Notes: a model not told the origin generated them from the letters alone. A DNA stretch of 60,083 nt, filler included, from Porpidia crustulata (GCA_964255105.1; 9 parts of 9 records of this genome joined end to end with filler, not necessarily neighbours in it), one strand, 5' to 3'; shown: positions 11,152-23,957, counted from the first letter of the whole stretch. A program made the numbers and translations.

Positions 11152-12925
11152 TTACGACCAAGATATGCTAATGCGATTTTCAGCGTATTCTGATTAGACC
11201 GGACATGGCAGAAACTTACGCTAGCATGATACCAGCCCCAAGAGCCATTGCAGCGAACTGCATCAGTGTTTTCCTCAACTCTTTGCTCTTATTTGGTCCG
11301 GTTTCGAGAAGCTCGGGGATCACGGCCACGGTACCGACATACAGAAACGTCCCAGCTGTAAAGGGCAGAAGCATGTCACCCCAGCCCAGGCCTGTTCCTG
11401 CAAGCCCTGCATCTCCTACTCCACTATTGGCATCATGAGGCGATGTCTTGCCTAGCTTCTGGACAGCGATCCCCAAGCACGTGCCTAAAAAGGCCCCCAG
11501 AGCGGTGACGAATTGGGATGACATAGCAGCTTTCTTCGAGAAGCCGGATTGTATCAGCAAAGCGAAATCACCAACCTCGTGGGGAATCTCGTGGAAAAAG
11601 ACAGCGACGGTAGTTGTTGCACCAAGAGTTGGGGAGGCGTAGAACGATGAGGAGAGCGCGAGCCCGTCAGTAATGTTATGCGTAAAGTCAGCTATAAGAT
11701 TCAAGTAGGCTGAAAGTCGGATCGATTGGGACGCTTCTTTGCCCCTTCCTTGTACCCCGGATTTTTCCAGTCCTTTGTCGGATTCCCATTCTTGTAAGTC
11801 CATAGCTGCTCCACGCGGTCGAACGCCTTTGACAGTGAAATTCTTGTCCGATCCCTCAGTGTCTGGATAGAATTGCGGCTCGGCATCTGGAAATACGACA
11901 CTAACAAGTTTGATCAAATCCGGTGCTGCCAGGAGTGTATTAGGCTGCGTCCTATATTCATTCAAACAGGCTTCATAAGCCCGATAGAGCGCCATCTGCG
12001 TTATCTCGCTGTTCTGATCTTCTTCGAATACAGCTCGGAGCCAAATACTCGAACGCTGCGATTCATCGAAGTTTTGGAATTTGACAAGCAGATCATTGTC
12101 AATGCTAGGAACGTTCGAAGCTAAATTGACTAAGCCTTGCAAGGGAACGGGCTTCCGGTTCTTGAGTTCACTCGCTGTGATTGCTGCATCCGTACCACTT
12201 GCCTTTACAGTGGTATCCTTGCCGCTTTTGCCAACTTCATTTTCATGCGAATGCCCATGGTCGTGACCCCCACCCCCACCAGTCGCTATCCTAAGGCCCT
12301 TATCCATTGCCACAAAAGTCAAAAAGCCTATCATGATAGCCACGCCCAAGAGAAGATTCTTATTTGGTTGAACCAGGATAAAACGAGCGTGATCTGGAGC
12401 GTCTTCGCCAAGAAATATCTCCGGCAGGAGGTGAAAGAGAGTGTCTCCTAGTAAGCCACCAACGGCGAAAGCGACCATGATGGAAAGAGAGGATGGGTCA
12501 ATGTTGGGGGGACACAGAGCTAGGAGGAAATCTGATCATGTTAATTTCAGTGAAAAATGGGGACTCTAGCTCAATCGGTACTGACTAGGAGGGCCCGAAA
12601 TATATAAAGTGGCTAGAAGGGCATTGACAGCTGGACTGCCAGGGAAGAGTACTGCAAAAATCCTCGATGTCAGGCCGGAACTATGTGGATTTGTATCGAT
12701 CTTATGTCGATTGAGGTCTTTGACGATTGAGCATTGCTTGTGACGATCAATCAGTACGGAGTAATTCGAACAGCGTTCAGGAACACGTACCTGAAGGGCG
12801 TCCTCTATTTCATGAGCGTTCATCTGAGCGATCCCACTCTGTGATTTGGCAGCCACCTGGTGCACGAGACCAGTCAACGCTGCGAGAAAGCATAGCCATG
12901 TCCATATGCGTGATACCGCCATCAT
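11152..12925 (-). CDS. YKE4: ZIP-family zinc transporter (Yke4/ZIP7/KE4-like) carrying an extra ~110-aa insert in the TM3-TM4 loop
   Basis: Signal peptide; AFAVGGLLGDTLFHLLP, His-rich GHDHGHSH, LNLIADFTHNITDG, FFHEIPHEVGDF and FTAGTFLYV. Introns 12737-12790, 12532-12585 and 11168-11219. Ends ISWS-TAA at 11152. Confidence 0.93.
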
Positions 12926-13174
12926 CCAAGGATGCTGCTCTGCACCATCAAAATGGGTCGACGTGACACGTGATCGTTATATCGTCGGAGGTCGACAGGC
13001 ACGACTGGTACCTGACTGGGCTGAGAAGTGTTGCCCTAAAGACGGGAGCTAACTTCAAGCCTCCCGCCCTCCATGCAATCAGCACAGAAAATTACACCCC
13101 ACCTTCGTGTCATTCCACAATCGCTCCAAGCAAGTCATCCAACAGCAGCAGTAGTAGCAGCAGCAGCAAAAACT
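12926..13174. promoter_or_regulatory. Short bidirectional promoter between the ZIP gene and NOP16, with an ACGTGACACGTGA E-box-like element
   Basis: Divergent ATGs ~250 nt apart. CACGTGA at 12967-12973 matches the bHLH (Cbf1-type) consensus. Confidence 0.45.
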
Positions 13175-13318
13175 ATGGGCCGCGTCCTCCAAAAGAAAAA
13201 GAACAGATCCTCCATCCCCAAAGCCACGCAAAAGCCCAAATCCAAACGCCTCAACATCAAAAGTAACCCCATTGTCGCCGCAAACTGGTACATTCCCCTC
13301 TTTCCCCCCTCATTCCCC
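13175..13318 (+). CDS. NOP16: Nucleolar protein Nop16, first exon (truncated by contig end)
   Basis: MGRVLQKKKNRSSIPK...NPIVAANW followed by a GT donor; typical fungal Nop16 N-terminus. Confidence 0.85.
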
Positions 13319-16087
13319 NNNNNNNNNNNNNNNNNNNNNNNNNNNNNNNNNNNNNNNNNNNNTTAATTAATTAANNNNNNNNNNNNNNNNNNNNNNNNNN
13401 NNNNNNNNNNNNNNNNNNAGGGGTTTATGATTGCGGCTGAGATGCCCAGTCACTGATTGTGGGTGGTGGGTAATAGGTGGCAGGTGGTACTCTAGCGTTC
13501 TACGAGTATCTCCAACTTGACAGGTCCACCCACCTCATTCAGCCGTACTCTACCCGTTTTGGTGGCGGCTCAGCATGCAGCCTGCTCCTATGATATCTCG
13601 CACCCCTTGTGCTGTCTCGACATCGGCCGGCTAGGTGGACAGCGATCAACAGACCTTCATGTTACGTTCAATCAGAACATATTCGTGATCAGGATGCGAA
13701 GGAGCTGCATCACATCTAAGAACCTACAGACTTTGTGCAGACTCTGAACAAACTAGATCGAGAATGTAAATCTAAGCATTCTGCTTTTCTCGAATCATTT
13801 TTTACCAAATGAAGCGGGATGCCTCAATCCTTAAATAATAATGAGTAATCAGTCGTTAACTCTGACAAGAATACGTTGTGTATCAGCGTTAATCTTCGTC
13901 GTGTTCGTCGTATCGATGAAATGAAGTTAAGTATGAAATTGCTCTGATTGAGTGACGTAAACTGTAAAATGCGAGTGAAATCGTCGTTTTAAATCATGAT
14001 GCTTTCATGCGACGTACGTGCAATTCTTAGAGATGAGTGTTCAGTCAGAAAGCAGTCTGTAACATATAATGATGTGAGTTCAAGATCTTTAAATGCTGCA
14101 AGTATCTTGTGCTGACGAAATTAAATGATATTCCATTCATCATCAAGTCATGTCTCAAGACGTGTAATATCACAGTCGTGAGATTAGTCACGCATGTGAT
14201 CTTCAAGGCTTTGATCGTCACTTGAAAAAAGGCAAGATAAAGTCCGTTGAACCGCGTGTAGGAAAATCCTGACTCAAGATATATCGCGTTGTAATTGAGA
14301 TATATGAGGAAGGAGAAGACAGCGCAGAGGGCAATATGAATGGCGCAGCGACTCAAAGCAATTCATCTGCTGCGTCGTAGAACAGGCTTTGACAGTCCAG
14401 CCGCTGTCCACGAGCGAAGAAATATACTGAGGACTTCGAAGCCTAACGCTCGAAGCAGATACTTTGCCTAAGCAAACGAGGCGAGACGTCGCTTAGACAG
14501 CATGAGTTCAGAGAGTGATCCAGAGCGGCGATACTTTCCAGATGTAAGGAAAGAATTGAAGTCATTTTCAAGCTGCGGAGACAAGTCAACTGTGACATCT
14601 GCAGATAAGGCTGCGGTTTGGACAGCGAACAGGCTGAATGTGGCAATGCGGAAGTCGACATGATGGGGAGGAAATGATCAAGATATGCTGAAGCAAGGCG
14701 GTGATGCACGGGATCATCAAAAAATCTCAGTAGGCTGCAGATTGTATTTCTCGGTGTGTGCTGGCAGACTGTTTCCGTAATGCGCCGTGAGATCGTGGCA
14801 AGGCTGAAAGGAATTCTAACAAGGCACACCTAATGAGGTATGCAAACAAGGCGCCCAAGTTTCCTTGATTGCAGCAATTCCCATGAAATATTCACACGGT
14901 GATTGTCATGACTCATACTCGTAAGGGCGAACTGCAAAGCATTTCGTGTAATTTGCGTACGTTTAGGAACAGGATCAACCAGATAGGAACGCTGAAAGGT
15001 GCCAACGGACGGTCGTTGCCGAGAGACTCGCCCTACCTTCATGATCCTTTGCAATTCGATATCGGGATGAAGGAAAGTTTTTTCGCAAGCGAAACCTATC
15101 AAATTCCCCGAATCCAGACCACCTATTTCTCGTGGCTCAAAACCCGCACCGTGCACATAGTTCCTTTATTACCCTGGGGATCCAAGAGTCTGCATAATTA
15201 TGACAATTTTGAGAGGTCCACCGGATTGGTGACACTGTACAGCAAGCATCCCTGCTCAATGTCGAGGCAAAGTACGCTGTCCTACAGACATGGGCGAATT
15301 CTCAACACAATCTCATCCTCCCATCGACGAGTGATAGTCGGTTGTCCTTGTTGATTCAAGACATCCCATATTCATGTCACAGCTGAAATGACGAAAGTGT
15401 TAGTCGATCATCAGAGACCCCAATAATCCCCCAAGTCGCCAGCATAAGTTCGTGCAACGCGAGTATGGTTGGATCAGACTTTCGCGCGGTAGGATGCGGG
15501 AGACAGCGCGGCTGACGTCGGAATCTGCTGCACCTGCGCACTGCCTGTTTATCAAATGGACGCTCAGGATTACGCAACGGGCAGGCCTGGATCTGAAGGC
15601 AATTGAAAGGCAACTGAAAGGTAACTTGAACGCATTTTGACCAATACAGTTGCCTCTACCATCGCCATCAACTCTGAGCAAGTTTGCATACTCTGATGCA
15701 CGGCCATATGCAGTGTCGGAACCATGCCTCATCACAGAGCCTCCAACGGGGAGTTCTCGTATCTTTCCATACGCTTAGCCTAGCATAGATACCTGTGTTA
15801 TCTCTCACTTCAAGTCCCCGATCTTTCGTGCATCGGATATGAGCAAGTATTGTCGTAAAAACCTTTCCTTCCTAAATGTTTCTGGAGACTTTGGTATCCT
15901 TTAAGACTACCAGAGGATATTGTTCTGCTACATTTGAAGATAATATCGTAAATCTATGACATCCCTAAGCTACAGCCTTGTCTCCACGCCGCCGGCCGCC
16001 ATTTTCAAGTCTGCTTACTGAACCAGTGGCTTTAAAGATTGGCCACCTCTATCTCATTCGAAGGTCTCCATCCTACAAAACCCTAAC

Positions 16088-17470
16088 ATGTCCGGTAAAC
16101 AGCTTAACATTATCATCGTTTGTCTTTCCAAGGAACCCATGGGTTTGTTCCATGTGTTAACTTGCCTTCAACGCAGGTTGATGGCTCTCTCGCCGGTTTG
16201 ATGCAAGGTATCGTTATCAAACGCCTCGGCCACAATGTCACCATCCTGGAACAGCATCATTCGTCTACTCGAGAGGGTCAAGCAGCTGGGATAGTCACAA
16301 TGGAGCATTCTCACGCTTTCATACCAAGCATGATATGCTTCAAAAACAGCCATATGCTGTCGGCTGTACCGGCGTGCAGTTTCTCGACCAGAACCTTAAA
16401 GTCACGGGCGGATTCGATAGACCTATGCGGATGTCGAGCTGGAACACTCTTTATTATCGTCTCAGGGCCAATTACGACGGGCTCCCAAGTCCTTATTGCC
16501 CTATCCCACCACCTGGATCGGAAAAGAACGGCAAAGCAATTTATGATCAGGGAAAACGGGTGACTCACGTGAGCTATTCGGACGATAATGTCACGGTTGA
16601 CTTCGGAGATCTCCTGGACAAGGCATCTAGCGGCCACAAATCTCTCAAGGCAGACATGGTAATTGCAGCAGACGGCTCAACATTTCACGTACGGCAGCTC
16701 TTGCAGCCTCAACTGAAGCATACCTATACTGGCTACGTTGCATGGAGAGGGACGGTGCTGGAAAGTGACGTGTCTGAAGAGGCCAAAACACATTCAAGCT
16801 AAAGACCACTCTTCATGCGTCGCACCGCAGCTATGTTGCTCTGTTTGTTCTTTCCGAAGTATTCAGGTTCTTGCTTCTTCTAATTTCGCTGCAGCTATAC
16901 AATACCAGGCGAAAACGGTACTATCGCGCCCGGGAAACGCTTGCTCAACCATGTGTGATATACGAACATGGCCGAAGGTTCGCAAGAGCTCGCAGAGGCA
17001 ATGACTGATAATGTAGGGCGTAAGCATCGCCATACGCTTCCTATAGGCAAGATGAGACGTGATGTTTGGGATAAGCAGCGCGCTGTCGCATCTCGAACTC
17101 TGCCGCCTCCTTTTGCGGAGCTTGTCGACAAAACCACGCAGCCCTTTATCTCAGCTATAGTTGACATCGAAGTGAGTCGGCCTTCCTTTTTCGATGGCAA
17201 GCTACTTTTCGCTGGCAACGCTCTGGTTCCATTTCGACCTCATGTGGCCTACAGTACCAATCAAGCAGCATTGGACGCTTTGCTGATCGAAGAGCTTTTG
17301 AAGGGAGACATCAGTCTCTCGACCTGAGCGAGTAAGGTCACTAATTACGCGTATCTTACGCGGCTGCGGAGCATTACTTGGTGGAGCTGGTACCAACTTG
17401 GACGCATAGCCTTTCTCTTTAGTGAAGCGAGGTATACGCAAGCAGATTCCGCAAATACTGGCAGACTTGA
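16088..17470 (+). pseudogene. FAD-dependent monooxygenase (2,6-dihydroxypyridine hydroxylase-like) pseudogene
   Basis: IIIV(D)GSLAGL, SWNTLYYRLRANYDG, DMVIAADGS, YTGYVAWRGTV, PFISAIVD and FRPHVAYSTNQAA. Frameshifts near 16322 and 16793, TGA at 16956-16958 and 17325-17327, and the GD motif changed to GN. Confidence 0.88.
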
Positions 17471-18309
17471 AGGATCATTTTACATACTGTGTAGCAATCC
17501 ATAAAATTGGGCTAGTAGACAAATATTTGCTTAGCAGGAACGCAGATACGTATCGTCCTAACCTTATAGTCAACATATATTAATGTATATACACAAGTGC
17601 TTTACACCTCATCCTCACTAAACATTGTTTGAACAGAGAGGCTTCGACTAAGTCTCTGCTGGTATTGTAAATGTACCTTTCGGTAATCTTACCGGAAAAT
17701 TACTTACGAGTAGCTACTCCACTAAGGTAGGCACGTTACCTCACATACTCCCTTTCATGCTTCTTTAAGGCACATAAACACAAGGATTTGACATTGATGA
17801 AACATTCTGGATAAGCAAAGGCGCGGAGGCTTATAACTCAGGAAAACCAGGTAGCAAGGCTGACCGCGTCCGTTATTGGCGGAGAAGTGGACATCAAAGT
17901 CCAGTCTCCCACACTTTATGCAGCGCCAATATCACTGCTTCCAGGTATGAGTGTGGAGCACACCCGAGAGCTCCGCGCCGCTCGTATAGCTGCACCCAGG
18001 GAGCTGTGATGATGAAGCTGCAACAGAAGAGGCAAGTGGTATCGAACGGCCCTGTCCTGTGCATCCAGGTCAGGGCCGGCGTCATGGGCCATGCAGCCTC
18101 ACTGGTACTGTGTTAGATGCAGCCGATGACGGAATACCTGGCATTTGGTGCGCTAGCCTGAGTTCTTCGATTGAGCTTCAGCCTTGTTGTGAGAGTGAAA
18201 AGCACTCTCGTCTCTTCCTTGTTCAGTACGAAGTCACAGACTTTTCATTTTGCTGCGTCCTACTCTCTAATGGTATATATCTTATTCGAATTTCCTTTAT
18301 ACTAGAGCA

Positions 18310-19607
18310 ATGTATCAGAGATCTCTCCTTCCTCCCGGGAAAAATCCATTGGGAGTCACTGTAATCGTCCTTGATGCCTTGCTCCTTGGTATTGCAGCTA
18401 TCGCTTTGGGTATACGCTTTAGATCTAGGAGCATTCAAGGCACTTGTTTGACTTTGAATGACTATGCAGTACTGGTAGCATGGGTCTGACATCCGATTTC
18501 CATGCCAAAATTGTTCAGCTGATGGTATCAAACCCCTCACAGCGAGCCTTGTCACGACCGCCGTTCTTGGTAGGTTTCTTGGGCCAATTTGCTGTGCGTG
18601 GCTAACCTGGAGTAGCTGTGATGGGAGGAGGCGGACAACATGTGATCCATGTCAACCCATCGAATATACCGGGTATCTTAAAGGTACGTTTATTCGTCAT
18701 TTTATCTATTGACTTGGCTAGGGCTTTGTAGCTGCAGACATCGTGTGGGCTGCGGCCAACACTGCAGTCAAGATCTCGATCTTGCATCTGTATATTACAA
18801 TTTTCAAACCGAATAGAGTCTTTCGCATCAGTTCATATATGGTAATGGCTATCGTCGTGTCTTTTGATGTTGGGGTCATTTTTATGGCTTTAACGATTTG
18901 CCAACCACTTGTCAAAAACTGGGAACCGCTTCTTCCTGGTCATTGCGGATCTCTCACCGACTCTGTTCTTTGGACCAGTGTCATCAATGTGGCTGTAGAT
19001 CTAGCCATCATCATTTTGCCAATGCCGATGATATGGCGGCTACAGATGGCTACACACCGGAAAATCGCCCTCACGATCACTTTTGGTCTTGGCTCAATGT
19101 GAGTACCTCGAAGCAGGCTCCGATCCTCTTTTCTGCTAATCTTTGCATTGCAGCGTGTGCGTTATCACTATCATTCGTATTGCTAGAGCAGCTCGAATCG
19201 ACCTTACCGATTTCACCTACAATCTCGCAAAGCTAGCCATTATCACGGATCTGGAACCCTTACTCGGCATCACCATTGCGTGCCTACCTCTATTTCCACC
19301 AACGTTCAAAAAAGCTTTTCGCGCTCGCAGGGTTGGGCCAGACATGGGAAACGTTCTACAAAGCAGCCTTGCTAGACTTCGCATCAAGAAGAGCAAGAGC
19401 AAGAGCTCGACGTTCCGGAGATTCGATTATTCATACCCCCTCACCGACGTCGAAGGGTACCGAACACAGAATCACGTCGGGACCTCGGGTAGCCAGCCAA
19501 GATCTTCGTTCGAGGGACGTGTCGGAGAAGCCGACCCGGAGATGTGCATCAAACCATCGATCAAGGTCAAGCAAGGCTGGGAGGTCCGATCTGATAAAGT
19601 AACGTGA
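18310..19607 (+). CDS. PTH11-like integral membrane protein (fungal rhodopsin-like domain, no CFEM); possibly damaged
   Basis: IRFRSR..LNDY, VKISILHLY..IF, ICQPL..NW....GHC, DLAIIILPMPMIWRLQM...RKI and EPLLGITIACLP; four introns. The acceptor expected for intron 1 at 18531-18532 reads AA rather than AG. Confidence 0.8.
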
Positions 19608-20147
19608 TGCGTCTTGTGGACTATATAAAACTTGCCCTGGGACTACACAGTAGTAGAAGAGGTACCGGTCACATCACGATATGAAACAGATATCGAAGGT
19701 TATTGTCGGAAAAACGACTAGACCCTCTGCCAACGACCTCTCATAAGTTTGAGGTTGATTGATATATCGGAGGGGCAGATAGCAGTTCACCGTTGAATCA
19801 ACATCTATATCGATCTAGCATATGTGACTTGTATTGATGCTGATGATATCTAGAAAGAAGTAATGCGAAAAGATAAAGTCTCTGTCGTCGAGCTAATGTT
19901 AACGCTAAGGTAGTCTTATCAAGTATTAAATTAGGAAATCACGAACCGTCCACCCCCTTTGCATACTCGTATCACTCCCCCCCCCTCGTATGAGGTTTAG
20001 TATTACTCAAATGAAGNNNNNNNNNNNNNNNNNNNNNNNNNNNNNNNNNNNNNNNNNNNNTTAATTAATTAANNNNNNNNNNNNNNNNNNNNNNNNNNNN
20101 NNNNNNNNNNNNNNNNCGCACACCACACACCCAACCACCCTACCACC

Positions 20148-21554
20148 CTACCCCACTCTCAAACACCTCCCCACCGCTTTGCCCCCCTCGGTAGCCTCCG
20201 ATCCTTTCTCCCTCGCCCACCACTGTCTCACGCGATCCACGCTCTGCGCCCGCCTGCGCTCCCGTATCGACGCCGTTTCGGAAAATGCATCTTCGTTGTC
20301 AGCGATGACCGTAGAGTCCCGGCACGGAGTCACTGCGGGAACGACTTGCAGAGCGGCGCGGTCGGTTTTTGAGAGAGATTGTGAACGCTCGGGGATTCCT
20401 GGGTTGGCAAGGGAAACTTGTGCCATGATGGACGGCAAGGGGATGCTGCGGCTGGGCTCGTAGATGAGAGATCTCGGTCTGGCGAAAATAGCGTCGAGTG
20501 TCCAGGGGTCGTCGACCGTGATGGTGGAGGTGATAGGGGTGTTGAAGGGATTCTCCAGCATGCCGGCAGTGACAGAGAGCTGAGAGCTGTGGCTAGGGTG
20601 GCGGTCGCGGCGAAGTGCGTTCTTCAGGATCAGGGAGTCTGTGCTGTTTGGGGTGATGGGGCTGAGGTTGGCACGGGCAAGGATGGACTGAGCGGCTTTT
20701 TTGACGAGGCGCTGGCGGGCTTCTTCGGTGTCGAGGTATTGATTGAGGCTCTCGCTTCGGAAGGTGGTCAGGTCTTGATGAATGTAGTCGCGTTGGGAGA
20801 GGGCGGTTCTAATGGGTGGCTGGATCTGGATTGGGGCGTCTTTGTGCATCGTGGGCGTGATTTTCACTCCCTGTGTTATGACTTCAGCACCCGTGTTCTC
20901 TTTTCTCTCTTTGGCTCTTTGATAGCTTCGACCTCTTTCAGGCTCTACGGCGAGGTCCTGCTCTCTTCCCCTAATGGCCGCAACCCAACACTGTTCTCGC
21001 TCCCTTTCCCTCTGTTCTCTTTCTTCACGTTGTGACTGCAACCCGACAAATCCCTCCTCCAAATCTATCCTCTCTTGCCTACCCCTCTGCAGATCCCATG
21101 TCTTTAATGCACACAGCATCGCCGTCGTGACTGCCAACATGGCAATGACGACCAAAGACCATATCCTATGTCCACCCCGTCCTCTTACTCCCTTAATGGT
21201 CAAAGCAATCATAACCACCAGAACAATAAGGGAAAGGAAAAATCCTACAATCAACAACCAGAAGCGCTTTCTGTGTTTCCGAATCAACTTCTTCTGCGTC
21301 GAGGGCAGTAAAGTAAAGTCGGATGGAGGAATGGTAGACGTTGCATTATTCAAGGTCGTGTCTGTGGTGAGGTCGACGGCGATGAATTCTGACGAGGGTT
21401 CACGCATAGGTAAGGTCCGGTTCTCGTGAAGGGAGAGAATTCCATCGTCACGAGAGACATAGTAACGGGCCTGTATCGAAATAGACTCAGAACGATGGTT
21501 GTTGCGATGTGTGTTCGCCCCAAGCGGGACCAATTCCAGAGGAGATGGAAGCAT
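20148..21554 (-). CDS. Hypothetical protein with two predicted transmembrane helices, a charged coiled segment and a long low-complexity tail
   Basis: Uninterrupted 468-aa ORF from ATG; hydrophobic stretches FWLLIVGFFLSLIVLVVMIALTI and IWSLVVIAMLAVTTAMLCAL. No family recognised. Confidence 0.6.
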   Translation of the reverse strand: MLPSPLELVPLGANTHRNNHRSESISIQARYYVSRDDGILSLHENRTLPMREPSSEFIAVDLTTDTTLNNATSTIPPSDFTLLPSTQKKLIRKHRKRFWLLIVGFFLSLIVLVVMIALTIKGVRGRGGHRIWSLVVIAMLAVTTAMLCALKTWDLQRGRQERIDLEEGFVGLQSQREEREQREREREQCWVAAIRGREQDLAVEPERGRSYQRAKERKENTGAEVITQGVKITPTMHKDAPIQIQPPIRTALSQRDYIHQDLTTFRSESLNQYLDTEEARQRLVKKAAQSILARANLSPITPNSTDSLILKNALRRDRHPSHSSQLSVTAGMLENPFNTPITSTITVDDPWTLDAIFARPRSLIYEPSRSIPLPSIMAQVSLANPGIPERSQSLSKTDRAALQVVPAVTPCRDSTVIADNEDAFSETASIRERRRAQSVDRVRQWWAREKGSEATEGGKAVGRCLRVG

Positions 21555-22301
21555 GATTGAGATCCATGAACATTTGATATTATGATATTACATTTCTATT
21601 GTGCTGGCAATACTGATTAATGGTGGTAAGGGCGCAGTGTTTCAAGCAGACTTAGAAGACGAAGAGGAATTCATGGATCAGTGCTGCTTTACTCCTAAAT
21701 GCGAGTTGCAGCAAGATGAATGAATTTGCGTGATGGCGTGGGAGTCCTCATGTGAATCTAAGGCCAAGAACCGAACATCTTTGAGTCCCATTTACTCACC
21801 ATTTTGATTCTCTAACGATAAAGCCCTGACAGAGCGAGACAAACAAGAGAATCCGAGACAGACACCAGACATATAGTAAAGATGCTACACCAAAGGTGGC
21901 TGGATGTCAAAGGCCACAATGATGAATTTCGTAGGAGATCTGCTTCATGTGATAGAAATAAGGACGTTTGACATGGAGGGCTCTGTCTATGACTATTCGT
22001 TCTGTTAAGTTTATGGATATAGGCATTTCGTCCCAGAATGATTGCAGCCATGGCCGGGGTGCAACATATGTGAGATTACTTAGAGAATTATCGTCTGCGC
22101 ACACATGACAAACCATACCAAATTCTGTGCGCTCTGGATATCACGAGAATCTGCTTGGTGAAATTTAATTTTCGAAATTTGCTGCTTACCAGTAAGGGAA
22201 AATCTACAAGGCTATAGAGTCTGCATGACGAGAAGTAAAGAAGCATTGCTTTCCAATTACCGGGCTCATCCCTCTAGTATTGCATACCTTTACGCCAGCT
22301 G

Positions 22302-23957
22302 TTATACAGGCGTGAGAGCGACCTTGGTACCATTGACGGCACAAGTCAGCGTCAGCCGTTCCGTCCACGGACCCGGCTCACGGCTCTCAACACTCTTAAA
22401 CTCTTGTATCAAACGAATCGTGGTATAGCTCGCTTCAGTAAGCGCAAAATGTTCTAGACAGAAAAGTCAGCGAGGTATGACACTATCGTTGTGTATCTAC
22501 TACACTTACGGCCGATACAGATTCTAGGGCCACCGTTAAATGGCAGGTACTCCCACCCGGGCCGCAGAGTCTCCCATCTCTCGGGCTTGAACTCGTCAGC
22601 GTCTTCGCCATAGAGGTCCTTTCGTCGATGCATAGTATACACCGAGTATTGAACGTTAGTCTTTGCGGGTATGAAGAGTGGAGATTTTCCATCAGGGCCG
22701 CCACCGAGGGGCAGGACCGTATCGACAACTGACATACGCATGTTGGAGGGTACCACAGGATGTAGACGCAGCGCTACATTGACTCCTTAGTCCTTTCTGC
22801 TTTCAGACTAGCCTAGGTCACTTACATTCATTGAGTACCATCCTCAGATACTTCATGTCTTTGATTTGTGCAGAAGTCGGCTTCTCACCGTTGAGCAAAT
22901 CCACCTCATCACGTAGCTTTTTCCAGACGTCCGGCCTCTGCGCGAGTACAAACCAGACGTTACTCAACAAGCTCGCGGTCGTATCACGACCAGCGATCAG
23001 GATGTTCAGCAATTCTGATCTGATCTGCTGTGGGTCGTCTGTTGCCTTGGCCAATTCATGCGAGAACACATATCGCTCTGCTTTCAAATCTACCTTCTCG
23101 CGATGGATGTTCTTGCTATGGTCCGAGGCGCTCTGAACATAGCGATCTATGAAGTCGTGTACATACTTGACATCTGTCCAGAACTTTGCACCATAAATCC
23201 AAGAGTATATAGTACCATGACGTATCTTGAGGGACATTATCTCCTGCGACTTAGTCCAGGACTTTGCAAAGGATCGGGCTGCTTCACTTGATGAACCAGG
23301 GGCAAGCACATTGGTCGATTCGCCGAACAAGAACTCTGTAGCTGAATCAATTGTCAAACGGAAGAAGTATTCCTCGATATCGATAGTCGATCCATCACGC
23401 GGGATTGCCTGGATCAGGTGGTCTACGTGGGTCTCAAAGGTGTCGAGATCGCCGACCTGGCTGCGAACAAAATTTGGTCGGAGAAGCTCACGCGAATGTT
23501 GCCAGGCGTGCCCATCAGTGGTGAAGATGCCGGCTCCAATGACAGGGATGAATGCAGCCTTCCTACGGTCTGGCAATGACCAGTCCTTGAAGTTGAGTGC
23601 CAGCATAGTTTTCAAATTTTTAGGTTCTGCTGTGACATAAATGTCGGTAGTGAGGATTCGGGCGCGAATGGTATGACCGTTGCGCAAGGATCGGCCGCGA
23701 ATGAGATCAAGTAACCCATGCTCTTTGTAGGCCTTGGTATTCTCGAGGAATATTTTCCAGCCCACGAAGCTATCCACCCATGGATTGACTTCTGCTGAAC
23801 GCTTGATTGGCAAGCAGCCGTTGTCTCTGATCATACGACGTCGAGCAGAACCAACGGTGAATTGCCAGTAAATGTAGTAGATAGCATAGAGAAGGAATGC
23901 AGCCACAACAGCCTGAACGGGGTTTGCAATTATCTTATTGTCAAGTCGAGGAGCCAT
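22302..23957 (-). CDS. Cytochrome P450, CYP52 clan (alkane/fatty-acid hydroxylase-like)
   Basis: GIFTTDG..WQHSRELLRPNF, TIDSATEFLFGES, I-helix ILIAGRDTTA, E-x-x-R across an intron, FKPERW and heme motif LPFNGGPRICIG. Two 3' introns; ends ALTPV-TAA at 22302. Confidence 0.93.
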
